From the sequence record NC_061442.1: a DNA stretch of 64,000 nt. One strand, written 5' to 3'. Positions 47,387-56,405 of this stretch are shown one piece after another. The notes under the pieces are model-generated. The model was not told the DNA's origin. It did not search any database and was given only the letters and a program-made list of their open reading frames with translations. The translations under genes were made by a program, and so were the position numbers. Each line of letters opens with the position of its first letter. Positions within the stretch are counted from its first letter, which is position 1.

Positions 47387-48079
47387 ATGGTACACATAAA
47401 GCGTCTGCATCTGAACTCCGACACCAACTTCTTTGCGATTAACGGAATCGTAATACCGATGGCTTTCTACTACATGGACGTTACCATGCACACGGCAGAG
47501 CGCGGTGACAGAGAATTAAAAATTGGTGTGCGTATGAATCCGCATGTTGCCCGTGAGTCGTATCTGCGTGGAGTGGACTACAGAACGTTTATACCTGTTC
47601 TGGCCTGTCATCCTTCTTCGGACGAAGAATTTTATACAGAGCTTGGCTACATTGATGTTAACAGTCGATTCTTCGACATGCACCACCAGAAGCGTTCGCA
47701 CTTGGCGTATCTTGGTGTGCTGCCTGATGTTGCCGAGTCGGATGTGCGGGACTCACGATATGTAACACCGATTGATGTGTATCAAGTGCAACTGCCTGAA
47801 CGCGCCCGCACCTTTGCTAAGGTGTACGGCGCTACGCTACGCACGGACTACCTACGCACTTCCGCAATCAATAAGATTGACGATGATATGTGGGAAGCGT
47901 TGCGTACCGTAGATCATCCTAAAGGTATCTCGTGGTCCCGCTTCTTAGATGAAGCAACGTCAGGCCGCTTCACGCCGCACGATGACCTGTCTAACTGCTT
48001 AGAGGCATTCGATCAAGAGTACATGCCTGAGCATATCTTTAAACGCATTCGTCTGGCCCAGTTCGACAAACGAGGTTAA
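47387..48079 (+). CDS. hypothetical early protein
   Basis: First gene after promoter copy 47303. Confidence 0.7.
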   Translation: MVHIKRLHLNSDTNFFAINGIVIPMAFYYMDVTMHTAERGDRELKIGVRMNPHVARESYLRGVDYRTFIPVLACHPSSDEEFYTELGYIDVNSRFFDMHHQKRSHLAYLGVLPDVAESDVRDSRYVTPIDVYQVQLPERARTFAKVYGATLRTDYLRTSAINKIDDDMWEALRTVDHPKGISWSRFLDEATSGRFTPHDDLSNCLEAFDQEYMPEHIFKRIRLAQFDKRG

Positions 48080-48081
48080 TC

Positions 48082-48312
48082 ATGATGCACGATTTGTATA
48101 AGGTGAGTGCTATCCTGTTCTACACGCTAGGCGCTATGGCTTTCCTTGCACATATCGTGGGCTTCATGAAGAACTGGATGAAAATTCAGGAGATGCGCCA
48201 GAAGGCAAAAGCGAAAGCCGCTAAGGTGCGCTCTCCTGTTGAAGACATTAAGCGCCGTCTGCGTAAAGCAGAAGAACGCGCACGGCATCGCCCACGTAAA
48301 TTGAGAGACTAA
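48082..48312 (+). CDS. small membrane-anchored basic protein
   Basis: One TM followed by a K/R-rich tail; GAGGT SD. Confidence 0.62.
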   Translation: MMHDLYKVSAILFYTLGAMAFLAHIVGFMKNWMKIQEMRQKAKAKAAKVRSPVEDIKRRLRKAEERARHRPRKLRD

Positions 48313-48314
48313 TC

Positions 48315-48623
48315 ATGGCTGAATCAACGCACGACAACAATCTGGCAAACAAAGTACAACGTGCTTTGGAGATCTGCTGGGAAGAAACAACAAAGCGCAA
48401 CGAAGGCGAACACACCTATGCGTTTCTCGCCTCCGAGTTTGCTGCTAACGGTAAGAACTTGTTTGATGGTGAATTGCGGATGCTGAACGTTATGCTACGT
48501 GACGCCGTTAACATCAACATGTACGGCCGTTATGTTGCGACTGTCTATACAGGCAACAAGGGCATCATGGTCGCGTTCCAGCCTGTTGCTGATCTGGAAG
48601 ATATCATCGAGATGAGGTTCTAG
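48315..48623 (+). CDS. hypothetical protein
   Basis: Coupled ORF. Confidence 0.66.
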   Translation: MAESTHDNNLANKVQRALEICWEETTKRNEGEHTYAFLASEFAANGKNLFDGELRMLNVMLRDAVNINMYGRYVATVYTGNKGIMVAFQPVADLEDIIEMRF

Positions 48624-48624
48624 C

Positions 48625-49200
48625 ATGGACCAGATTGATATGTTTGAAACGTACGGCGCTCATGAGATCTCTGAATACACTCAACTTGAGTATGAGCGTC
48701 TGGCCGGTGAGTACATAGCGAAATGTGATCGCAGAGTGCAGGCTGCCTTCGGTGACCCAATGCCTACGGCAGAGTTTCTGGATAAATACCCGATGCTTGT
48801 GCCTGGCAAATTGAAGTTTCGTAAGAAGCTGGCTATGGTCCAGGAGTTCGTGCTCGTTACACACGACAAGCTCAAGGCGAGCCTGCTCAAGAAACAGGGC
48901 AACGTTCGACAGACAGGTAATATCGACCCGCAGTACCTAATCAACGTGTACAATCACAATGAGAAGCTCGCGCTGTTCTTGAGTGACTTCCACGACTTCA
49001 TGAGCGACTTCATGAATGCCGTTCACCTGTTCACAGTTGCAACCGTGTATGATGGTCGCTTGCTTGTCTACGCAGAGAACGGAGAGCCTTTGGTTACTAC
49101 CAAAGAAACGCTGGAGATGCTCACCGAGATAGAGCACTTCATCAACAAGAGCAAGGTCTACCGCGTACACTCACAAAACGCCATCTACCGTACAATTTAA
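48625..49200 (+). CDS. hypothetical protein
   Basis: GAGGT SD. Confidence 0.7.
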   Translation: MDQIDMFETYGAHEISEYTQLEYERLAGEYIAKCDRRVQAAFGDPMPTAEFLDKYPMLVPGKLKFRKKLAMVQEFVLVTHDKLKASLLKKQGNVRQTGNIDPQYLINVYNHNEKLALFLSDFHDFMSDFMNAVHLFTVATVYDGRLLVYAENGEPLVTTKETLEMLTEIEHFINKSKVYRVHSQNAIYRTI

Positions 49201-49236
49201 CCTGAGCGCTTACGGGCGCTCTACTGGAGAAACATT

Positions 49237-50883
49237 ATGTCATTCGATCTTCGTCAAAACTTACTGCTTGTCCGTGACGCTACTCTGACAGGCAAACCGC
49301 TGTTCTATTTCTACAACGCTATGGGTCGTGAGATGGTACTCACAGGTGACGTGCTACGTGAGATTCTTGAGCGTCAGAAAGAAGGTACGCTCTGCACCAA
49401 CACTTACTGGGGTTTTGCTACTGACCCAACACTGGAAGTTTGGTCGTTCGATGATAACAATGACCTAATGCTTCACCATCGCGTAGGCAAGTCCTGCACC
49501 ACATTCCTGCCTTACGAAATGATTGCAAATGCCCATGACGGATTCAAGCCAATCAACGGCATGTTCATTGAAGACAGCCTGCGCCGTATCATTGCTATTC
49601 ACCTAAAGGCGACTTGCCGTGAAGAACAAAAGATTACGTGGTTCGCTGACCTACCTGAGCCTGAGATGCGTAGCATGTTGCTTTCGTTTGGTCTGGGCCC
49701 TCTGCGGGTATCGCGTGAAGACAAAGAAGGTCTGATCAAACTGCATGACCAGTGGCTGGACGACTTCGACGACAAATACAAATATACGCACAACGCAATC
49801 GGCCTCGACGCTGACGAGAAGATTCCTGCTGACTATCGCCCTGAACGTATTCGTGACATTATGAAGCGTATGATGCACAACACCAAGACGCAGAAGATCA
49901 TGGTTCAGACTCTGAATGACCTGTTACGTCAGTGTAGTATCAGGGGCGATATCCCAATGCCTGGCGCCAACTTTAATCTCCAACAGTTGACCTGCTATTA
50001 CGCAACACACTTAATCTTTGCGCACGATGCTGATGCGAAGCTACGCAGCCTGATAGATAATCCTCAGTTTGTTGTCAACTTCATCTACGGTTGGTACCCG
50101 GACTATTCTTGGATTATGGTCAATGAGGAAACGTTCGACTATCAACAATCACTGGTACGCGCCGCGCTGATCTCGTTAAAGCGTCATGTGGAGAATGAAA
50201 TCGGTACGTACAAAATCGTTCACGGCATGGTTAAGTTCGCAGACGGTTTTGACCCTCATGTACCTGAGAAGGTAGAAATCGAAGAAGAGGACTTCGAAGA
50301 GGAAGAGGACCTCGAAGAGGAAGAGGAAGAAACTGACGATCAAGAGAAAGAAGTCATCGACTACCTGCGTACCAAAAGCGAAGATGAATTACGCAAAGTT
50401 GCGACAAGAAAGAAAATGGCGCGTCCTAATAAGTTGAAGTCTATGGACAAAGAAGAATTGATTGAGCTGTGTGCTGACTACTACGGCACTGAGATGCCTG
50501 AAGACTTCGACGAAGAGGAAGAGGAAGAAGAAAAAGAACAGGAGCGTGTGCGCATCGCCCGCAAGTTCCCCGTAGTGTTGCGTTATGATCGCATAGATTA
50601 TGACTATGTTCATCGTGCATTAGTTAAAATGGGCATACTTAAAAAGAACAAGACCCGCAAGCAGATGGACAAATCGCAGAAGCTGACCGTTGCTCAACAA
50701 CACGCCGCACTGCTTGTCACACTCAAAGAAGCTGTCTTGGACTCAGGTCAGGACGTTCTGTCTAAATTGGACGAAATAACGTTGTACCAGCTGGCCGCCT
50801 GCATGACGAAATTGAAAGAAGGTGATAGCTATCCTCGTGACGCTGCGTACCTGAAAGAACTAATTAAACACGCGGTCAAGTAA
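49237..50883 (+). CDS. 548-aa protein with Glu-rich linkers around an HEH-like module
   Basis: YLRTKSEDELRKVATRKKMARPNKLKSMDKEELIELCADY between E-rich tracts. Confidence 0.78.
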   Translation: MSFDLRQNLLLVRDATLTGKPLFYFYNAMGREMVLTGDVLREILERQKEGTLCTNTYWGFATDPTLEVWSFDDNNDLMLHHRVGKSCTTFLPYEMIANAHDGFKPINGMFIEDSLRRIIAIHLKATCREEQKITWFADLPEPEMRSMLLSFGLGPLRVSREDKEGLIKLHDQWLDDFDDKYKYTHNAIGLDADEKIPADYRPERIRDIMKRMMHNTKTQKIMVQTLNDLLRQCSIRGDIPMPGANFNLQQLTCYYATHLIFAHDADAKLRSLIDNPQFVVNFIYGWYPDYSWIMVNEETFDYQQSLVRAALISLKRHVENEIGTYKIVHGMVKFADGFDPHVPEKVEIEEEDFEEEEDLEEEEEETDDQEKEVIDYLRTKSEDELRKVATRKKMARPNKLKSMDKEELIELCADYYGTEMPEDFDEEEEEEEKEQERVRIARKFPVVLRYDRIDYDYVHRALVKMGILKKNKTRKQMDKSQKLTVAQQHAALLVTLKEAVLDSGQDVLSKLDEITLYQLAACMTKLKEGDSYPRDAAYLKELIKHAVK

Positions 50884-50922
50884 GACCTGCGTAAACAATA
50901 CCTAACATTGACGGGAAATAAA

Positions 50923-51345
50923 ATGAAATTTGAACAAAACATTCTGGTAGTAAATCGCATTGCTCTTATCATGGACGACGAATTAGTTCAGAAGTGGGGC
51001 GAAGCTGCAAATGCAAATCGTGACGCTACTGCGTATGCGACGGCCATTATTCTTGCCAAACTCCAGCAGAAGATTATAGCCGCAGTTGCTGAGGAGAATC
51101 CGGAAGCCTGTGTTCGTCCTGAGATATTGTGGACAGACTACGGCTCCATCTCCATCAACGGCCTGTTTATCATTGCGTCGGGTGCGGATGCTGAGTTGTT
51201 GAATCACGTAGAAGACCACGATTACTTGAACCACCTGCACACCATCAAACGTGTTGCTGAGGAGAATGGATTCAAGCTGACGGTTCTCCCTGTGAAGCAC
51301 CTGTTCCCATTCACCAACACTGAAATCCCTGAATCCATGAAGTGA
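50923..51345 (+). CDS. hypothetical protein
   Basis: Start estimated at ATG 50923. Confidence 0.68.
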   Translation: MKFEQNILVVNRIALIMDDELVQKWGEAANANRDATAYATAIILAKLQQKIIAAVAEENPEACVRPEILWTDYGSISINGLFIIASGADAELLNHVEDHDYLNHLHTIKRVAEENGFKLTVLPVKHLFPFTNTEIPESMK

Positions 51346-51653
51346 GGTGCCCTATGTCACACAAACAAATCCTGATGAATGATGTTGCTATCGTCCTAAC
51401 TATGAGTGAGCGCCGCGCGTTCCTCGGACCGAAAGCTGACGGCTTTGTGTATCTGCCATCTAAGGATGCTCTCACGAAATTTGAGGCGCATATCAAGAAG
51501 TATGGCAATCGTGATGACTATGCGTTTATTGACCATCGTGAGCTACATTCTATTAGCTCTGCGGGCATTGTCGCTATTGCTCATGCTGTCGAGTCTGATT
51601 CTGAGCAGCCATGGCTGTGGACGAAAGAAGACTTCCGCGTCAAGCTGTGGTAA
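51342..51653 (+). CDS. hypothetical protein
   Basis: GTGA overlap; alternative ATG at 51354. Confidence 0.62.
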   Translation: MRCPMSHKQILMNDVAIVLTMSERRAFLGPKADGFVYLPSKDALTKFEAHIKKYGNRDDYAFIDHRELHSISSAGIVAIAHAVESDSEQPWLWTKEDFRVKLW

Positions 51654-51706
51654 GCATAAAACTGGCTAAAATCGTGGTATCAGTCTGAACCGTCCTATGA
51701 TATAAT
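51654..51706 (+). promoter_or_regulatory. conserved phage promoter, copy 8
   Basis: GCATAAAACTGGCTAAAAT ... TGATATAAT; 37 nt. Confidence 0.82.
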
Positions 51707-51759
51707 AGAAGCGTAGCTTGTGCTGCGCTTTTTTAACATATGTCTGAGGAGACAACAAA

Positions 51760-52224
51760 ATGCTCGAAGAAATCAAACCAACCCCATCCGACTTAGAACT
51801 GCAAGACCAGATGGTCGATGCGGCCGCCCAGAAGATTATCGAATTGAAACCTGAATGGGTTGACGTTTGTGCCGCAGGTCTGCGCCTGTATCTGTCCGTG
51901 TGTGAACAACTTGGTGGTCCTATTCCTGAATTGCGTTTCGTCCACAACGGCAAGCCATGCCGCATTCAGTTTAACTTGAATGAAGTATCGGAAGGTACCG
52001 AGTTCGTAGCAAATGAAATCGACAAAGAAAAGCAAATGGCAATTGCCGACGAAATGCTGAAAACTGCCGAAGCATGTCCGAACGGCCACTCGCTGCTGGA
52101 TATAGCTATTTGCTCTGGTCGCCTGTTCATGATTGGTTATGACGGCCTTGCAGGTACTCTCGATAAGATCTGCATTCGTTGTAATCAGAAGAACTACACC
52201 ATGAATCTGGTTAAAGGTGAATAA
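51760..52224 (+). CDS. hypothetical early protein with Cys/His cluster
   Basis: First gene after promoter copy 51654; CPNGH...CIRC. Confidence 0.75.
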   Translation: MLEEIKPTPSDLELQDQMVDAAAQKIIELKPEWVDVCAAGLRLYLSVCEQLGGPIPELRFVHNGKPCRIQFNLNEVSEGTEFVANEIDKEKQMAIADEMLKTAEACPNGHSLLDIAICSGRLFMIGYDGLAGTLDKICIRCNQKNYTMNLVKGE

Positions 52225-52225
52225 C

Positions 52226-52885
52226 ATGAAACCTGAATACACTTTACTCAAACGCAGCAAGGTCGATGTTAACCGTTTTGCTTTCGTACATGACGGCAAG
52301 ATACTAGCTAACTTCACCGATGGCCAGTTGTACAGAACATTGGAGAAGCTCGGTCGATCAACATCCTTTAAAGACGTTGATGTGATTTGGAGAGACGGCA
52401 CTCGCACCGTCGAAGAACTGCGAGTGACTGAGCACCGCCACTTTGTTCGTTTTGATACTTGCGAGTACGATCATGCAATCTGTCTGATGATGCGGGCGCA
52501 AGGTCTGCCTGTCGAACTCTCTGTTCCTGTAGACGTGCGTAAGCTGTTTGACGAGCACGGCCCGCTTATTACTTCAATCTGTGTACCTTGTGAACTCGCA
52601 GATGACCTAAAGCCTGCACTTGCGCGTTTCATCCCAGACGAAGATGACGACGAAGATGAAGATGACGACGAGTGGGTTGACTTAGAGGATGATGTAGATG
52701 AAGATGACTTCGGATTCCGCCCAGAAGATTTACGTCCTCAACTGAGTGACTTCGGATATCGTGCCGCGGACTGGGTTGTCACTTTGACTGATGATCAAAT
52801 CAGCGATGTGCATAGTCTTGAAGTCGGTATGGACCCAGATATTGAACTGCCTCGTGCTGATGATGCGAAGGAAGAATTTTTCTAA
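52226..52885 (+). CDS. acidic hypothetical protein
   Basis: AAGGTG SD; D-rich tract. Confidence 0.72.
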   Translation: MKPEYTLLKRSKVDVNRFAFVHDGKILANFTDGQLYRTLEKLGRSTSFKDVDVIWRDGTRTVEELRVTEHRHFVRFDTCEYDHAICLMMRAQGLPVELSVPVDVRKLFDEHGPLITSICVPCELADDLKPALARFIPDEDDDEDEDDDEWVDLEDDVDEDDFGFRPEDLRPQLSDFGYRAADWVVTLTDDQISDVHSLEVGMDPDIELPRADDAKEEFF

Positions 52886-53076
52886 TGAAAACGATTAACG
52901 AACAGGTCAACGAATTGAAACAGCGCGGCGTGCTTATCATCGAAGAACACCAGAAGCATACGCTACCTGATTTGACCTTCACGCTTGATTGTCTGTGTAT
53001 CACTCATACGAAGCGGGAAGTAGAGACAACCACGCGCGGCCGCGTTGTTAAGATTCGCCTGACACACATTCACTAA
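52885..53076 (+). CDS. hypothetical protein
   Basis: TAATG coupling. Confidence 0.55.
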   Translation: MKTINEQVNELKQRGVLIIEEHQKHTLPDLTFTLDCLCITHTKREVETTTRGRVVKIRLTHIH

Positions 53077-53088
53077 CTTTGTGGTCTT

Positions 53089-53163
53089 GGCCCGCCCGTC
53101 CAGAGATGCTCACCCCCAATGAGGTGCCTCGCGCAGAGGCATGACGGTCACCGGGTCCTTTTT
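53089..53163 (+). ncRNA. candidate structured intergenic RNA (multi-branch)
   Basis: Nested GGCCCG/CGGGTC and CCGTC/GACGG stems enclosing two hairpins, then T5. Confidence 0.35.
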
Positions 53164-53218
53164 AGAGCGCACTACCCTAGTACGCTGTACAAAGTAAAAC
53201 AATCAACAGGAGGCTGTT

Positions 53219-53578
53219 ATGAAGTTCAACGAAGTATCCAAAGAGGCGCAAGTCGCCCTAATGTCAAGTGCCTTGGCTGGCGTAATCGAAGCGTTCACGC
53301 GTGAAGATGGAGACGAAGGTCGCAAGATTCTAGTCTTAGCACTCAAGCAAGTCGGTCTGACTGTAGACGAGTTCGGCGCTCTTATCTCTGACTTGTCTCC
53401 AGAAGTTGAGCTTGAAATTGTCAGTGTTATGGAAGCTGCCGATGCAGAGCCGGACGAAGATGACGACGACGAAGAACCTGCTGACGACGACTCTGATACA
53501 GACGCAGACGGCTGGCAGAACCTGCATGAAGATCGCGTGTGTCTTGTATGCAACCATGAAAGCTGCATCTGTCACTAA
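53219..53578 (+). CDS. acidic protein with C-terminal Cys/His cluster
   Basis: AGGAGG SD; VCLVCNHESCICH. Confidence 0.72.
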   Translation: MKFNEVSKEAQVALMSSALAGVIEAFTREDGDEGRKILVLALKQVGLTVDEFGALISDLSPEVELEIVSVMEAADAEPDEDDDDEEPADDDSDTDADGWQNLHEDRVCLVCNHESCICH

Positions 53579-53581
53579 TCT

Positions 53582-53634
53582 GCATAAATCTGGACAAAAC
53601 GACGGTTGTCTCAAATAGCTGCCTGAACTATACT
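53582..53634 (+). promoter_or_regulatory. conserved phage promoter, copy 9
   Basis: GCATAAATCTGGACAAAAC ... TATACT; 37 nt. Confidence 0.75.
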
Positions 53635-53639
53635 ATATA

Positions 53640-53836
53640 GACAGCGAGACAACGTTCTCTCTGAATGCCTTTGTTATGCTTTAGTCGTGTGTTTTCTATT
53701 TTCCCGGGCACACGGCTCTTTTTAGAGTGACTTCACTGAGGTTGCTTTAAAAAGAGTTCGATACTCTTTGAGCGCGTCGGGCTTTACGCGGTTTCCGCCT
53801 TACGTGCTCTCATGCTAAACCGCAAAGGAAATTGAA
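53640..53836 (+). ncRNA. candidate structured 5' leader or small RNA
   Basis: About 200 nt untranslated after promoter 9; 8-bp and 16-bp stems. Confidence 0.4.
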
Positions 53837-54544
53837 ATGCCTACTACTTCATGTCCTAAGACAGAAGACAAGTTCTCCCGTGCTCGCGCTGCTAAGAACT
53901 CTCCTGAGCGTCAGGCCGCGGCCATCAAGAAAACGCCACGAGGACCTTCCTCGGTTCGCCCTAAATCGACGGCAGATCGTGAGCCTAAGATTCGTGACGA
54001 GGAGCGTGTGTACAATCTCGTACATGCAATTCTGAGCGCGTGGAAAGCTGATGTGGGACATGCTGAAAACACGGCAGCATCTGCTGGTATCATCAAAGTG
54101 TCACGTCGTAATATTGAAGGTGCCCTGCGTGACCTCAAGAATACGCGCTTCACTAAAATCCCGACGCTCATTAACGATATCTTGACAGGCTCCGATATCT
54201 GCGCTGAGTTTGGTCGTTGGGTATACGTCGAGCACGATAGCCCTGATTGGATTTTCGTGCGTCTGCCTGAAAACAGCACACCTGTGATTCGTGCTGATGT
54301 AAGCGTAGGTAAAACGGACGAAACGGCAACGTCCGTGACGACCTCTAGCGAAGTGCTTCTGGAAGCGTTCGAGGCCAGTGACGACGAAATTGAGATACTC
54401 GAATGTAACGATCAGGATATTGAAGACCTCGAATCTGCTGGGATGCGCAAGCGTCTGATAGATGCGAAAATCATCAAACCGGAAGCTGCCTCGAAGCTGT
54501 CACGCAATGACTTAATGAAGCTCTGCGCGTACTACAGCGCATAA
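53837..54544 (+). CDS. protein with basic N-terminus and C-terminal HEH-like module
   Basis: AAAGGA SD; ends DIEDLESAGMRKRLIDAKIIKPEAASKLSRNDLMKLCAYYSA. Confidence 0.75.
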   Translation: MPTTSCPKTEDKFSRARAAKNSPERQAAAIKKTPRGPSSVRPKSTADREPKIRDEERVYNLVHAILSAWKADVGHAENTAASAGIIKVSRRNIEGALRDLKNTRFTKIPTLINDILTGSDICAEFGRWVYVEHDSPDWIFVRLPENSTPVIRADVSVGKTDETATSVTTSSEVLLEAFEASDDEIEILECNDQDIEDLESAGMRKRLIDAKIIKPEAASKLSRNDLMKLCAYYSA

Positions 54545-54592
54545 GCAATAATAAGCAGGCAGTCTACATGCTGCCTGCTATCTGCGAAGTAT

Positions 54593-54646
54593 GCAGAAAA
54601 CTGGACAAAATCGTGGTTGTTATCTGACGGCCACCTATGCTATAAT
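54593..54646 (+). promoter_or_regulatory. conserved phage promoter, copy 10
   Basis: GCAGAAAACTGGACAAAAT ... TGCTATAAT; 38 nt. Confidence 0.8.
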
Positions 54647-54703
54647 AGATTCAGACGCAATAGTGCGTCGCAAACAAAACACTTATACTGAGGAGTATTA
54701 ATC

Positions 54704-56323
54704 ATGGCACGTATCGAAACTAACACTAACCTGGTTGGCAAAACTATCGTCCTGCTGAACGGCACCAAAGCTAAAATCGAAGATGCAATCGCGTCTGGTT
54801 ACAAAGTGAAAGGCCAGACCAAGCGTATCGCCACTCGCTGCGTTATCAAAGAAGGCGCTCACTTTAAAGAAATCGAGCGCATGAACATGAGCCAGCTGGA
54901 AGATACAGGCGAAGGTTACGTGAAGCTGAAAGATGCGAAAGCTGCGAAAGCGTCAACCAAGAAACCTTCTGCGAAAGAGAAGGCGCCAAAAGCAGGCAAG
55001 AAAGCCGCCCAGCCAGCGAAAGAAAAAGAACCTAAGGTTCGTCGCAAATCTTCTAAAGAGAAAGAAGACGAATATCAGGACTTGGCTCACGCTATCATCA
55101 AAGGTGGTAAACGTGCGGCGCCTGTTGAAATCGCTGAGATCGACGGCGACCTGACTGACTGCGTTGCTCAACGTCTGGTAGACGTGCTGAATAATAGCGA
55201 AGTTGCGAAGCTGTGCGCTGATAACAAAACGCCGATCGCAAACGCAATTGAAGTGACGTACGGCGCTGAGTTCGCCCCTGAGACCAACGTCATGCAGATC
55301 ACGCTGAGTCTGCAATACGCTAAGCCTGTTCAAACGCTGTCACGTCCGACGCTGGAAAACGCAGAAGCTATCGCGTTACGTGCTGAGAAAATGGCGGCGC
55401 CTAAGCTGTCGATGAAACTCAAGAAAGCGATTCGTGAAGCATTCAGCCTCGAAGACGCGAATGACCTTGAGCTTGGAACTGTGTTGCTGTCTGACGGCGC
55501 TGAATTTGTTTACTTCGGCGAATCTGCGAAGCATGTCGGCAAAGCGCTGCTGTATGTTGTAGAGACCGACAAGTTCAAATCTGTGCTGGGCTCTACGCTG
55601 GGTGAGTACGAAATCCCAGACGCAGAGGAAGAAGAGGAAGAGGAGGAAGAAGTTGAAGACGAATCCGAAGAGGAGGAAGAAGAAGACGGCGAAGAAGAAG
55701 ACGGCGAAGAAGAAGACGGCGAAGAAGAAGACGGCGAAGAAGAAGACGGCGAAGAAGAAGACGGCGAAGAAGATTCTGCCGAATACGACTACGTTGCCGT
55801 GAACAAAGATCAGCTCGATATGGTCAACAAGAAAGTGACCGCTAAGTATCACGCTGCGCTGGCCGAACGTTTCAACACGACCGAAGAAGTTCTGATTCCG
55901 GGTCTGGTACTAACAGACGGCGAAACAACCTTCGCTTACCTGGGTTGCGATAGCAAAGGCGGTCTGCTGGTAATCGACTGTGGTGATGACGGCGAAGGCG
56001 AAGACGTGCTGATGTATAGCAAGTCTGATATCAAGTCTCTGGATGACTTCAATCCTGTGATGGGCGAAGCTGACGAAGACGGCGAAGAATCAGACGGCGG
56101 CGAAGAATCAGACGATGAAGATCTGGACGAAGAAGACGGCGAAGAAGAAGAAGAAGACGGCGAAGATGACGACTTCGACTTTGACGATGTGCCAGAAGCT
56201 GATATCGAAGATCTGACCGAAGACGAACTGCGTGACCGCGTAGTCGAAGCCGGCCTGACCACTCCGCGTAAAGCTGAGAACATGAATGAAGCTAAACTGC
56301 GCAAGCTGCTGAAAAGCGCATAA
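54704..56323 (+). CDS. Glu/Asp-rich multidomain protein (acidic paralog), C-terminal HEH-like module
   Basis: First gene after promoter copy 54593; (EDGEE)6; shares N- and C-terminal domains with 56406-57665. Confidence 0.82.
   Translation: MARIETNTNLVGKTIVLLNGTKAKIEDAIASGYKVKGQTKRIATRCVIKEGAHFKEIERMNMSQLEDTGEGYVKLKDAKAAKASTKKPSAKEKAPKAGKKAAQPAKEKEPKVRRKSSKEKEDEYQDLAHAIIKGGKRAAPVEIAEIDGDLTDCVAQRLVDVLNNSEVAKLCADNKTPIANAIEVTYGAEFAPETNVMQITLSLQYAKPVQTLSRPTLENAEAIALRAEKMAAPKLSMKLKKAIREAFSLEDANDLELGTVLLSDGAEFVYFGESAKHVGKALLYVVETDKFKSVLGSTLGEYEIPDAEEEEEEEEEVEDESEEEEEEDGEEEDGEEEDGEEEDGEEEDGEEEDGEEDSAEYDYVAVNKDQLDMVNKKVTAKYHAALAERFNTTEEVLIPGLVLTDGETTFAYLGCDSKGGLLVIDCGDDGEGEDVLMYSKSDIKSLDDFNPVMGEADEDGEESDGGEESDDEDLDEEDGEEEEEDGEDDDFDFDDVPEADIEDLTEDELRDRVVEAGLTTPRKAENMNEAKLRKLLKSA
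55682..55771 (+). repeat. perfect 15-bp tandem repeat x6 (GAAGACGGCGAAGAA = EDGEE)
   Basis: Read directly from the sequence. Confidence 0.95.
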
Positions 56324-56405
56324 CGAACTACCGTAACTACGAAATAGTGTGCGGCTCTTACTGGGTCGCATATTTGACAAATAAAGCTGATTGAGGAATC
56401 ACACT

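Noticed and set aside
26186-53113. GATGCTCAC in three intergenic regions (about 26186, 39982 and 53105)
   Set aside because: Structural context and distance to starts differ; three copies of a 9-mer is too weak without statistics
53089-53163. tRNA
   Set aside because: No GTTCRA T-loop, no D-loop GG, no 7-nt anticodon loop with U33 and no CCA
53156-53728. TTTTAGAGC resembling the Cas9 crRNA repeat start GTTTTAGAGCTA
   Set aside because: The match is only about 9 nt, appears twice with variation and has no spacer structure; best treated as chance
55682-55771. Possible CRISPR array, given the Cas4-like gene in the window
   Set aside because: The repeats are head-to-tail with no spacers and in frame in a CDS; no cas1/cas2 and no repeat-spacer array were seen
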